Assembly: GCA_965215275.1 (NCBI GenBank)
Contig: OZ244044.1
Location: forward strand, 288,001 to 352,000
From: Thermodesulfobacteriota bacterium
Lineage (GTDB): Bacteria; Desulfobacterota_D; UBA1144; Nemesobacterales; JAJCZQ01
Direction: 5' to 3'
DNA length: 64,000 nt
Shown here: positions 40,758 to 50,129 of the stretch, in pieces
Layout of the letters: each line of letters begins with the position of its first letter
How positions within the stretch are numbered: position 1 is the stretch's first letter
Translations under genes and position numbers: made by a program
Notes under the pieces: generated by a model
Databases searched by the model: none
What the model saw: only the letters and a program-made list of their open reading frames with translations
Told to the model about the DNA's origin: nothing

Positions 40758-40882
40758 TACTGTAATACTACCATTTTCCTACCAATTTTACAAGTTCTTT
40801 CTTGTCAACTTAACTATATAATTCCCTTTTTTACACAGGGGATTTAAGCTTTGTATATAACCGGCCTTATAAAGGCTTAGTT

Positions 40883-40910
40883 TTGACAAGATACTTATCA
40901 GTGATATATT
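40883..40910 (+). promoter_or_regulatory. Promoter of the tRNA pair
   Basis: TTGACA-16-TATATT with an extended TG. Confidence 0.6.
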
Positions 40911-40924
40911 GTTGCTTCAAATTT

Positions 40925-40998
40925 GAGCCGTTAGCTCAGCTTGGTAGAGCAACTGCCTTTTAAGCAGTGGGTCACAGGTTCGAATCCTGTACGGCTCA
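40925..40998 (+). tRNA. tRNA-Lys(TTT), CCA not encoded
   Basis: GAGCCGT/ACGGCTC acceptor stem, loop CTTTTAA, GGTTCGAATCC T arm. Confidence 0.95.
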
Positions 40999-41004
40999 TT
41001 TGAA

Positions 41005-41082
41005 GTCCCCGTCGTCTAGCCAGGTCCAGGACATCGGCCTTTCACGCCGGTAACAGGGGTTCAAATCCCCTCGGGGACGCCA
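41005..41082 (+). tRNA. tRNA-Glu(TTC)
   Basis: GTCCCCG/CGGGGAC stem, loop CTTTCAC, GGTTCAAATCC, 3' CCA. Confidence 0.95.
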
Positions 41083-41284
41083 GTTATTATCCTGTGTCCG
41101 GAATAAATCAGATTGAAAATGTTATTGAAGGATTAGATGTCAGGATGTTCTAACGTTGTTTTAAACTTGCCAGAAATGAAAAACAGTTCACAAAGAATAT
41201 ATATCTATACTTTTAAGCAATAGGTTTTATAGAATTGCCTAAAAGAAGTAAGGGTCATCATAGCTGATATTATAGGAGGTTTAT

Positions 41285-41662
41285 ATGTCAGATGTTAATG
41301 AATATATAAATGATTTACCACAAGCGGATATAAGTATAGCAGACAGGAATAGAAGTACTGTACCTGAAAAGCTCAATATAAGTGAATTATTTAAAGATTG
41401 GAAAGGTTTTAAGGATATTAAACATCACGGATTGTATAAGAATTTTAATATGTATACTTACAGAGATACTGATGATGGTCTTCTATCTGTGTGTCCTGAG
41501 TTAAACATATTTATGAACGAAATAGAAGATGAATATAATGATAGTGAAAATATTATAATAGACGAGTTAAAGAATCTTATAGATGTAAATATTAGGCTTA
41601 GTAAAAAAATAGGTTCTAAAAAGAATCTTAGCTGGATGTTAGGTAGATATGTCTATTTTTAA
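41285..41662 (+). CDS. Hypothetical protein (AT-rich)
   Basis: AGGAGG RBS upstream; no recognised family. Confidence 0.6.
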   Translation: MSDVNEYINDLPQADISIADRNRSTVPEKLNISELFKDWKGFKDIKHHGLYKNFNMYTYRDTDDGLLSVCPELNIFMNEIEDEYNDSENIIIDELKNLIDVNIRLSKKIGSKKNLSWMLGRYVYF

Positions 41663-41707
41663 GTTTGGGAATTATATAGGAAAGTTGACAAAATCCCATA
41701 ACTCCCT

Positions 41708-41893
41708 TTAATCATTAACTTCTTTTATAAGAGGATTTCCTTCAGGATCTACTACTAATTTAAACCTTTTATTCAGTTCTTCTTTAGTTGGTCTTTCAGG
41801 TCGTTTATGCGGGATCAATCCCATTTTTAATAACATCTTTGATGCTTTATCTATTGCTTGTTCTTTTTCTTTTTTTGCTTTTAATTTTGTCAT
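41708..41893 (-). CDS. Small passenger protein of element D
   Basis: 61-aa ORF between the transposase scar and the TIR. Confidence 0.55.
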   Translation of the reverse strand: MTKLKAKKEKEQAIDKASKMLLKMGLIPHKRPERPTKEELNKRFKLVVDPEGNPLIKEVND

Positions 41894-41910
41894 TATAAAA
41901 CGAATAATTA

Positions 41911-42080
41911 CTATATATAATTAAGACTTTTCCATACTATATTATCATTACTTAATTCTTCAAAGGTAATAGTTTTTCTTACCATACTGCTAAAAAGAGC
42001 ATCCGATCGGGCTTGTGTATCTGTTTTAACAACCATCATTTAACTTGAACGAAAACTGAAAACTCATCTATATACTTCTC
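41911..42080 (-). pseudogene. C-terminal remnant of an IS1595-family transposase
   Basis: Reads KYIDEFS / FKLNDG / VKTDTQARSDALFSSMVRKTITFEEL across frameshifts, like the Y..EF.FR.N...T..EL C-terminus of IS1595 DDE transposases. Confidence 0.7.
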
Positions 42081-42131
42081 AAATTGATATTTTGTCAACT
42101 TTTATAAGTTTAAACATCATCTCTTTTTCTT

Positions 42132-42791
42132 TCACAGCAGGCGCTTTTTTATCTTGGAAGATATAAGCTCGTCAAGGAAGTCCTTCCTCCCGCCGCAGGA
42201 ACTGAACCCACTGCCTGGAAAATCCAGGGCCCACCGGTATATACGTTCAATGTCCTTACGCTTTCCTTTGGCAACAGGAGGTTCAAGCAGTACCTTGTCA
42301 AACCCCTGAACCACTTCGTTTGCCAGATGTGTATAGTACCGGTCGGTGGACATGGACACATCTTCACCCGGCCGCCTTAATTTATGATACAGGGCCATGG
42401 CATGAATGCTTAAGATACGGGTCCTGGGATAATACGAGCACATAAGGTTCCAGTCATCCGTTCTCTGATCACCTCCTGACCTGAAATCAGAACGAATAAT
42501 GACCGCCGGGATATCCAGGAACTTGGCGAACATATACTCGACCACGGTCCCGGAATCCAGTTCCGTACCATCAAAACTGAACAAGCCCAGATCACAGTTC
42601 ATCACGTGGTACAGGTCCTGGTTCCTTATGTCCACCGCCCGTTCAGTAGCCTGTTCCAGGTCCTGCGGAAGTACGCAGGTATATTTACCTTCGGACCCTT
42701 TCTCTATGTAGGAAGCAAGAAGGGCGTTTCCCGTCAGATGTTTATGATCGAACAGTTCCCCTGCTATGTAAATAGATAAAGGTTCATTCAT
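42132..42791 (-). CDS. Nucleoside 2-deoxyribosyltransferase family protein
   Basis: IYIAGELF, LPQD, DGTELDSGTVVE, DFR, WNLM. Confidence 0.8.
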   Translation of the reverse strand: MNEPLSIYIAGELFDHKHLTGNALLASYIEKGSEGKYTCVLPQDLEQATERAVDIRNQDLYHVMNCDLGLFSFDGTELDSGTVVEYMFAKFLDIPAVIIRSDFRSGGDQRTDDWNLMCSYYPRTRILSIHAMALYHKLRRPGEDVSMSTDRYYTHLANEVVQGFDKVLLEPPVAKGKRKDIERIYRWALDFPGSGFSSCGGRKDFLDELISSKIKKRLL

Positions 42792-42855
42792 GGGACACCT
42801 CCGAGTAAGTCATGTACGTAAGTTTAACAAGCTGACGCCCACGGTAAAACCCCTT

Positions 42856-44295
42856 TTAAAACGAACCTGCCGCTTTAATGAGCAGGTCAACTGAATACAT
42901 AGGGAACAGACCAAATAGCAAAGCCGCCAGTGAAAGTATCCCTATAGAGACCATTGAAACGGTCCCGGCCGGTTCAAAAGCGTGTTTTTCATCGTGCATA
43001 AAGGCATAGACCAGCACCTTCAGATAATAGTAAGCGGAGACAACGCTGTTTATCACCCCGATAAGGACCAGTGAATAAAGCTGTACCTCAGCTGCAGAAA
43101 GAAATACCCTGTATTTTGCGAAAAAGCCAATAGTTGGAGGAAGTCCGGCAAGTGAGAACATCAGGATCGCCAGACAGATCGCTACGTAGGGGTTTCTCTT
43201 CCACAAACCCGATACGGAGTCGTAATCATTTGCCTGTCCGTCCTTCCTGTTCAGACAGCAGATGATCGCAAAGGCGCCCATGTTCATTATCGAATAGGCG
43301 TAAACATAGTACAGCACGTCGCTTATTGCATCTGTCTCACCGTTTATCCTGGCCACTATACCAACGGTAAGGTAGCCCGCGTGTGCTATGCTTGAATAGG
43401 CAAGCATTCTCTTTATGCTCTTCTGAACGATAGCGGAGACGTTACCGATCGTCATCGTCAGGACCGATACCCCTATCAATATGGAGCTTATGTCCACTGC
43501 GTGGATATCCACCCCTTCGAACAGGAACCTCAGTAAGATCGCAAAAGCCGCGGCCTTTACAGCCACCGACATAAAGGCCGTCACGGGAGTTGGAGCACCT
43601 TCATAGGTATCCGGGATCCACTGATGGAACGGGGCAGCTCCTATCTTAAAAAGAAAACCTATAAGTACAAGTACGGTACCCGCCAGAAAAAGAGGGTCTT
43701 CAGGATCGAACCCGGCAATGATACTTTCAAAGAAAACCGACCCGGACGCGCCGTAGAGAAGTGATATACCGTAAAGGAGCACGGCAGAGGAAAAACCACC
43801 CAGTATAAGGTATTTAATACCTGACTCCATAGAACCGGCGGACCTTCTGTCAAAGCCGCTGAGAACATACGCTGAGATCGACATCACCTCGAACCCTATG
43901 AACAGCGATATGAACTCCTTTGCAGAACTTATGAACATCATCCCCGCAGTACACAGCAGTATAAGAGAGATATACTCATCCACGTTCTCGCTCCCTTTTA
44001 AGTAATCCCTTGAGATAAGTAACGTGAAAAAGGCACCCGCCAGGAAAACGGAGTTGAAATAGGCAGAGAAGACGTCAAGCGAAAGAGCACCGTAAAAGGC
44101 GACCTGAGGGTTGTCGATCCGCTCCAGATTGGTAAAAAACGAAAGACAGACGGCCACAACAGCAACGAAAAAACCGTAATCCTTACCTTTTCCCGAGGCA
44201 GAAACGGCAATGATAATAACTATCAGAGAAGCAACAACAAGGATAAGTTCGGGGATTATAAATATTGTGCTGGACAGTAAACTGCTTAGTTCCAT
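42856..44295 (-). CDS. nuoN: NADH-quinone oxidoreductase subunit N
   Basis: FKIGAAPFHQWIPDTYEGAPTP, KRMLAYSSIAHAGY, SLAGLPP. Confidence 0.93.
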   Translation of the reverse strand: MELSSLLSSTIFIIPELILVVASLIVIIIAVSASGKGKDYGFFVAVVAVCLSFFTNLERIDNPQVAFYGALSLDVFSAYFNSVFLAGAFFTLLISRDYLKGSENVDEYISLILLCTAGMMFISSAKEFISLFIGFEVMSISAYVLSGFDRRSAGSMESGIKYLILGGFSSAVLLYGISLLYGASGSVFFESIIAGFDPEDPLFLAGTVLVLIGFLFKIGAAPFHQWIPDTYEGAPTPVTAFMSVAVKAAAFAILLRFLFEGVDIHAVDISSILIGVSVLTMTIGNVSAIVQKSIKRMLAYSSIAHAGYLTVGIVARINGETDAISDVLYYVYAYSIMNMGAFAIICCLNRKDGQANDYDSVSGLWKRNPYVAICLAILMFSLAGLPPTIGFFAKYRVFLSAAEVQLYSLVLIGVINSVVSAYYYLKVLVYAFMHDEKHAFEPAGTVSMVSIGILSLAALLFGLFPMYSVDLLIKAAGSF

Positions 44296-44385
44296 TCGCG
44301 GTCGCCATGAAAATAAGATTCGGGGTTATTATGTTCAAACGGTGATCATTGTCAAGAAATATGCTTTACGGGGTCTTTTACCTGG

Positions 44386-44847
44386 TCAGTCTGTCAGCTT
44401 GAAGTCAGCACGTTCGAACCGGGTAAGGTCTTCACTTAAATACCAGAGCCTCGCGTCGTTGTACTTCCCGCCGTTCACTGAAAAGATGATATATCCCCAG
44501 AAAGGCGAGGCGATCTTCCTGTCGGTCTCGGAAGGCCGTGACGGACTGTCCGGGTGTGAATGATAAATACCGATTATATCAAGGCCGTTCTCCCTTGCCC
44601 ACTCGTCCGCTTCCATGAACGACCTCGGGTCCAGTTCGAACCGGTCCCTCATGCGCTGGCTGTCAAGGTCGTTCTCGGTCTTGAACTCCGTCCTTACGGC
44701 GTCCTGGGAGATCAGATTATCACACTCCCTGTGATACTTTATAAGTCCCTTTTTCCCTATTATGACCCCGCAGACCTCATAGGGATAGCCTGACTCGGCG
44801 TGGCTTATCATACCTTCATAGGCAGACCTTTTTATCTTCACCACCAT
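44386..44847 (-). CDS. JAMM/M67 metallopeptidase (Mec-like)
   Basis: YPYEVCG, IYHSHPDSPSRPSETD. Confidence 0.9.
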   Translation of the reverse strand: MVVKIKRSAYEGMISHAESGYPYEVCGVIIGKKGLIKYHRECDNLISQDAVRTEFKTENDLDSQRMRDRFELDPRSFMEADEWARENGLDIIGIYHSHPDSPSRPSETDRKIASPFWGYIIFSVNGGKYNDARLWYLSEDLTRFERADFKLTD

Positions 44848-45758
44848 ATTCCTTCGCTCAGGTACTTAAAACCGCTGTCGGGCAGGACCGTAACTATTAC
44901 ACCCTCGTCCAGGCTTCGGGCCAGCTTTAACACGGCACAGATGGCTGCACCTCCCGAATGACCGATGAAAAAACCTTTCAGGTCCATGACCGTCTTCATC
45001 ATATCATAGGACTCTTCCGTACCTATCCCAACTATCTCATCTGGAAAGGATCCGTTGTATATCCCGGGAACTATGGAGGTCGGCATATGTTTCAGGCCCT
45101 CAAGTCCGTGAAGCGGTTCTGCGGGCTGCATCGCAATCACCCGGATGTCGCCGCTGAACTCCTTCAGTCCGGCCCCCGTCCCCATTAAAGTGCCGCTGGT
45201 GCCAAGACCTGCAAGAAAATGCGTTACCCTGCCTCCGGTCTGCTCCCATATCTCCCGTGCGGTAGTTCTGTAATGTGCTCTGGGATTGGCGGGATTGTTG
45301 TACTGGTCGGGCATAAAGTACTTTGCAGGATGCTCCTTCTTTAACTTCTTTGCAAGATTTATAGCTCCATCGGACCCTTCAAAGGGGTCTGAGTTTACTA
45401 TCTTCGCCCCGTACGCCCTGAGCACCTCTCTCCTTTCAAAGTTAATGTTCTCCGGCACAACCAGTTCAACCTTGTAACCGAGCACGGTACCGATCATCGC
45501 ATAGGCAACGGCGGTATTGCCGGAAGATGAATCCATTATGATCTTGTCTTTTGTCAACTCGCCCGTCTTGATCCCGTCCATAATCATTTCAAGTGCAGGC
45601 CTGTCCTTTACCGAACCGCCGGGGTTGAACCACTCGGCCTTTGCGTATACCTCCACCCCGGACCCGATACCGGCATCAGAGCAGAGCTCATTCAGGGACA
45701 CAAGGGGGGTGTTCCCTATCAGGTCAAGTAAACTGTCGATATTTCTGCTGTTTTTCAC
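44838..45758 (-). CDS. cysM: PLP-dependent cysteine synthase (CysM-like)
   Basis: IGNTPLV, NPGGSVKDR, SSGNT, GLGTSGT. Confidence 0.85.
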   Translation of the reverse strand: MKNSRNIDSLLDLIGNTPLVSLNELCSDAGIGSGVEVYAKAEWFNPGGSVKDRPALEMIMDGIKTGELTKDKIIMDSSSGNTAVAYAMIGTVLGYKVELVVPENINFERREVLRAYGAKIVNSDPFEGSDGAINLAKKLKKEHPAKYFMPDQYNNPANPRAHYRTTAREIWEQTGGRVTHFLAGLGTSGTLMGTGAGLKEFSGDIRVIAMQPAEPLHGLEGLKHMPTSIVPGIYNGSFPDEIVGIGTEESYDMMKTVMDLKGFFIGHSGGAAICAVLKLARSLDEGVIVTVLPDSGFKYLSEGIWW

Positions 45759-45785
45759 GGTTCTGAACGGAGGGAACGGCCAGGG

Positions 45786-46025
45786 TTAACAGCGCTCGAT
45801 CAGGATCTTGTAAACACGGTCGTCGTCTTTGCTTATGTCCAGTACTTTGTGACCATCCTGCTCAGCGCTTTTAGGTACGTTGGCTAACGGCTCACCTTCC
45901 CTCAGCACGACCTCAAGTACCTGACCTTTTTCCATTTTATCAAGCTGGATCTTTGTCTTGACAAAGGTCATGGGACAGATCTCTCTGGTAATGTCAATTG
46001 ATTTATCGTGTTTGAATTCAGTCAT
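45786..46025 (-). CDS. TusA family sulfur carrier
   Basis: IDITREICPMTFVKTK. Confidence 0.88.
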   Translation of the reverse strand: MTEFKHDKSIDITREICPMTFVKTKIQLDKMEKGQVLEVVLREGEPLANVPKSAEQDGHKVLDISKDDDRVYKILIERC

Positions 46026-46115
46026 GATCAAGAATGCCGTCCTGTCTTTATGCTACCACAAACGGATATCAATAACAAACACGGAACTTACCTAAGTAAA
46101 ACGTTCCACGGGTCG

Positions 46116-47186
<1,071 letters not shown>

Positions 47187-47188
47187 CT

Positions 47189-47400
47189 ATACAACATTGA
47201 TCTGTAAAAGATGAATATCCCTCTATATCATTTATATTCATCACTTCATGAAATTTGGTCTATGTTTACCCATCCGTGGAGACTGTTCGCTGAAGTTCAA
47301 CATTGATCTAGCTATCAGAGCAGAGGAACTGGGATTTGACTCTGTGTGGATCAGCGACCATATGATCACACCAAGCAATAACAAGAATATCTTTAGTTCT
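47189..47400 (+). repeat. 212-bp direct repeat of 57536-57747 (upstream region plus truncated 5' end of the LLM gene)
   Basis: Near-identical sequence; this copy encodes MKFGLCLPIR...FSS and then stops. Confidence 0.93.
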
Positions 47401-47739
47401 TTACTTTATTAAACCCTAAAAACACAGGACCCTATACCTATAAAGGAAATGCCGAAGTCGATATTAATCAAATCAGTAAAGTCATTGCAGATTCCAGATG
47501 TGCAAACAGATTATGGCAAAAAGAAATTTACAAGAAGTGTGTTTAATGTATGCAGAACAGAATGCTTCACAAAATCCGGAGCAGAGACAACTGGCTAATT
47601 GTAATATTAAAGCCTGACCTTTTTGGTTACGGTAAAAGAGTTCAATTTTTTTCAGATGTTATAAACCTTTTGTAATTTTTACTGTACAATAAGTATCAGT
47701 AAAGAATAGAAGGAAATACAGTTTGCCAGAGAATAAATT

Positions 47740-48726
47740 ATGGACAAATCAAATACTTTATCAGAACCAAAGGATACAGAAGTATATCTTGCCCGCGGAA
47801 ACGAGTCTTTGAACAAAGGTGATTTTATAGATGCCATTGAAGAATTTGACAAAGCAATAGAGACCGACCCGCGAAATGCAGATGCCTACTATGGCAGTGG
47901 ATGTGCTAAAACCTATCTTGGGGGAGAGCTATACAAGGAAGCCATTAAGGACTTTAATACAGCAATAACGATCAACCCGCAAGATGCAAACGCCTACTAT
48001 GAAAGAGGACGTGCCAAATTCGAGCTTAAGCTATACAGGGAAGCCGTTATGGACTTTAATAAAGCAATAGCGATCAACCTGCAACACGCAGATGCCTACT
48101 ATGAAAGAGGACGTACTAAAACCGAACTTAAGCTATACACAGCAGCCATTAAGGACTTTGACAAAACAATAGAGATCAACCCGCAAGATGCAGATGTCTA
48201 CTATGAAAGAGGATGTGCCAAAACCAAACTTGGACTACTCAAAGGAGCCATTAAGGACTTTGACAAAGCAATAGAGTTCGACCCACAAGATGCTTATTAC
48301 TATTATGGCAGAAGACGTGCCAAAACCTACCTTAAGCTATACACAGCAGCCATTAAGAATTGTGACAAAGCAATAGAGTTCGACCCGCAAGATGCAGATG
48401 TCTACTATGAAAGAGGATGTGCCAAAACCAAACTTGGACTACTCAAGGAAGCCATTAAGGACTTTGACAAAGCAATAGAGATCGACCTCAAGGAAGCCAT
48501 TAAGAACTTTGACAAAGCAATAAAGATCGACCCACAAGATGCAGATGTCTACTATGAAAGAGGATGTGCCAAAGTCGGACTTGAGCTATACAAAGAAACA
48601 TTTGAGGACTTTGACAAAGCAATAGAGGTCGACCCGAACAGACACCCGCGAACTACATATGGCAGAGGATTTGTTGAAGGCAGACTTTTGCAAATGAAAA
48701 GAAATGATTGGGGATTTTTATTTTGA
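47740..48726 (+). CDS. Tetratricopeptide repeat protein
   Basis: Repeated 34-aa units AYYERG.AK..L.LY.EAIKDFDKAIEI.PQ. Confidence 0.92.
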   Translation: MDKSNTLSEPKDTEVYLARGNESLNKGDFIDAIEEFDKAIETDPRNADAYYGSGCAKTYLGGELYKEAIKDFNTAITINPQDANAYYERGRAKFELKLYREAVMDFNKAIAINLQHADAYYERGRTKTELKLYTAAIKDFDKTIEINPQDADVYYERGCAKTKLGLLKGAIKDFDKAIEFDPQDAYYYYGRRRAKTYLKLYTAAIKNCDKAIEFDPQDADVYYERGCAKTKLGLLKEAIKDFDKAIEIDLKEAIKNFDKAIKIDPQDADVYYERGCAKVGLELYKETFEDFDKAIEVDPNRHPRTTYGRGFVEGRLLQMKRNDWGFLF

Positions 48727-48888
48727 ACATGTCGCGGGATTTTCCACACCTACGTATGAACAGGTAATTATGTAACTATGCCTGCATGAATGGAAAAATG
48801 CCAAAAAGACTTTTAACCCTTGAAATTTTTAGAAAACACCTGCACTTATCACGCATATATAAAATCCCTGTTTTCCGTCGGCAACATA

Positions 48889-49170
48889 TCTATCAGATGA
48901 ACAAGTATCTTCGTTCTCTCCAGATGTTTAAGAACCTTAACCCCAGACCAACACCTTTGTTTAACTTAGCAAAATCTATAGATAAAAGGGTCAACTCCTA
49001 ACTATAATTCAGGCAATATAAGAAAAACCGTGAGCACGGTCGCTTTGAATGTCAATCAAGAAAAGTAGGATATACTGGACATTAAAGACGACAACCTTCT
49101 GGTAACTGTCAATCCTGGGACAGACAAAACCCTTCTGCTTGCCCACAAACATCTTGCTCTGACAAGAGAT
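48889..49170 (+). repeat. Chimeric copy: obg internal fragment (46417-46488) fused to the uvrD upstream/5' fragment (58533-58752)
   Basis: Direct sequence match on both sides; junction at CACCTTTGT/CATCTTTGT microhomology. Confidence 0.88.
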
Positions 49171-49183
49171 AAAAATCTCTTTC

Positions 49184-49606
49184 TTAAAAAATAAAATTTA
49201 AAATAATACTTACAAAAATACTTATAATAGCAGTTATAATTATAAGGCTATTAGAATTAGTAGTACAAACAAATTGTTTCCATTTTGATTTCCATTTATG
49301 TTTAACCCCTACATACTCTTCTGGAACATATTTGTATGATTCTTTTTCACTATTACATTTTTCCCAAATTTTTCCATTACTTCTAAAAAATTTTTTACTA
49401 CCATCTTTTAATTTAAAATTCGCAAAATACAATCTATGAGGACTTGAAGGAAAATAGGTCAACTTAACTCTAATCCTATCTTTGATATTTTCTTCTACAA
49501 TATCGCCATCGCTTCTATTTTCAGAAATAGTATAAAAATCATCTATTCTTACCATATAAGTAACTTTTTTTACATCATTAAAACATTTCTTATCTAAAAA
49601 ACCCAT
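49184..49606 (-). CDS. Hypothetical protein with a C-terminal TM anchor
   Basis: AGGAGG RBS; AT-rich ORF. Confidence 0.55.
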   Translation of the reverse strand: MGFLDKKCFNDVKKVTYMVRIDDFYTISENRSDGDIVEENIKDRIRVKLTYFPSSPHRLYFANFKLKDGSKKFFRSNGKIWEKCNSEKESYKYVPEEYVGVKHKWKSKWKQFVCTTNSNSLIIITAIISIFVSIILNFIF

Positions 49607-49928
49607 TTGGTATATATCCTCCTTTTTTAATAAAAAGATGTACGCTATCTAGTGCAAATTCCGCAATATCCTCGTGTCCATTAATCCCATTGAACACAAG
49701 ACATAGTGTAGATATTAATCAAATTAGTAAAGCCATTTCAGATTTTGGATGTGCCAACAAATTGTAGCAAAAAGAGATTTATAAGAAGTTTGTTTAGTTT
49801 ATGCAGAAAAATGCTTCACAAACTCCGGTGCAGAAGCAGCTGGCTAATTGTAGTATCAAATCCTGCCCTTTTGTAATTTTTATTGTACAATAAAGCAGTA
49901 AAGAATACAGCTTGCCGGAGAATAAACT

Positions 49929-50129
49929 ATGAAAAAATCTAATACTTTCTCAGAATCAAAAGATACAGAAGTATATCTTGTCCCCGGAAATGAGTTTTTT
50001 AACAAAGCTGATACTTTAAAAGCAATTGAGAACTTTGACAAAGCAATAAAGATTAACACGCAACATGCAAAAACTTACTATAGCCGAAGATGTGACGAAA
50101 CTTTTCTAAAGAGGTACTTCCTGCAATGA
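49929..50129 (+). pseudogene. Truncated TPR gene paralogue (5' part)
   Basis: MKKSNTFSESKDTEVYL matches the N-terminus of ORF 47740; upstream 49710-49930 duplicates 47458-47740. Confidence 0.8.

Larger units (their letters stand above)
39506..40827 (-). mobile_element. TIR-bounded element C carrying only tnpB
   Basis: Perfect 26-bp inverted repeats AGGGAATTATATAGTTAAGTTGACAA (39506-39531) and TTGTCAACTTAACTATATAATTCCCT (40802-40827); no transposase inside. Confidence 0.9.
41667..42115 (-). mobile_element. Deleted IS1595-family element D
   Basis: End GGGAATTATATAGGAAAGTTGACAA (23/25 to element C); 14-bp inverted match 41681-41694 / 42089-42102; internal transposase scar. Confidence 0.75.

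Noticed and set aside
39499..40834. Exact target-site duplication around the TnpB element
   Set aside because: Flanks ATATTTTA and TTTTTTAC match only loosely in AT-rich DNA; not claimed
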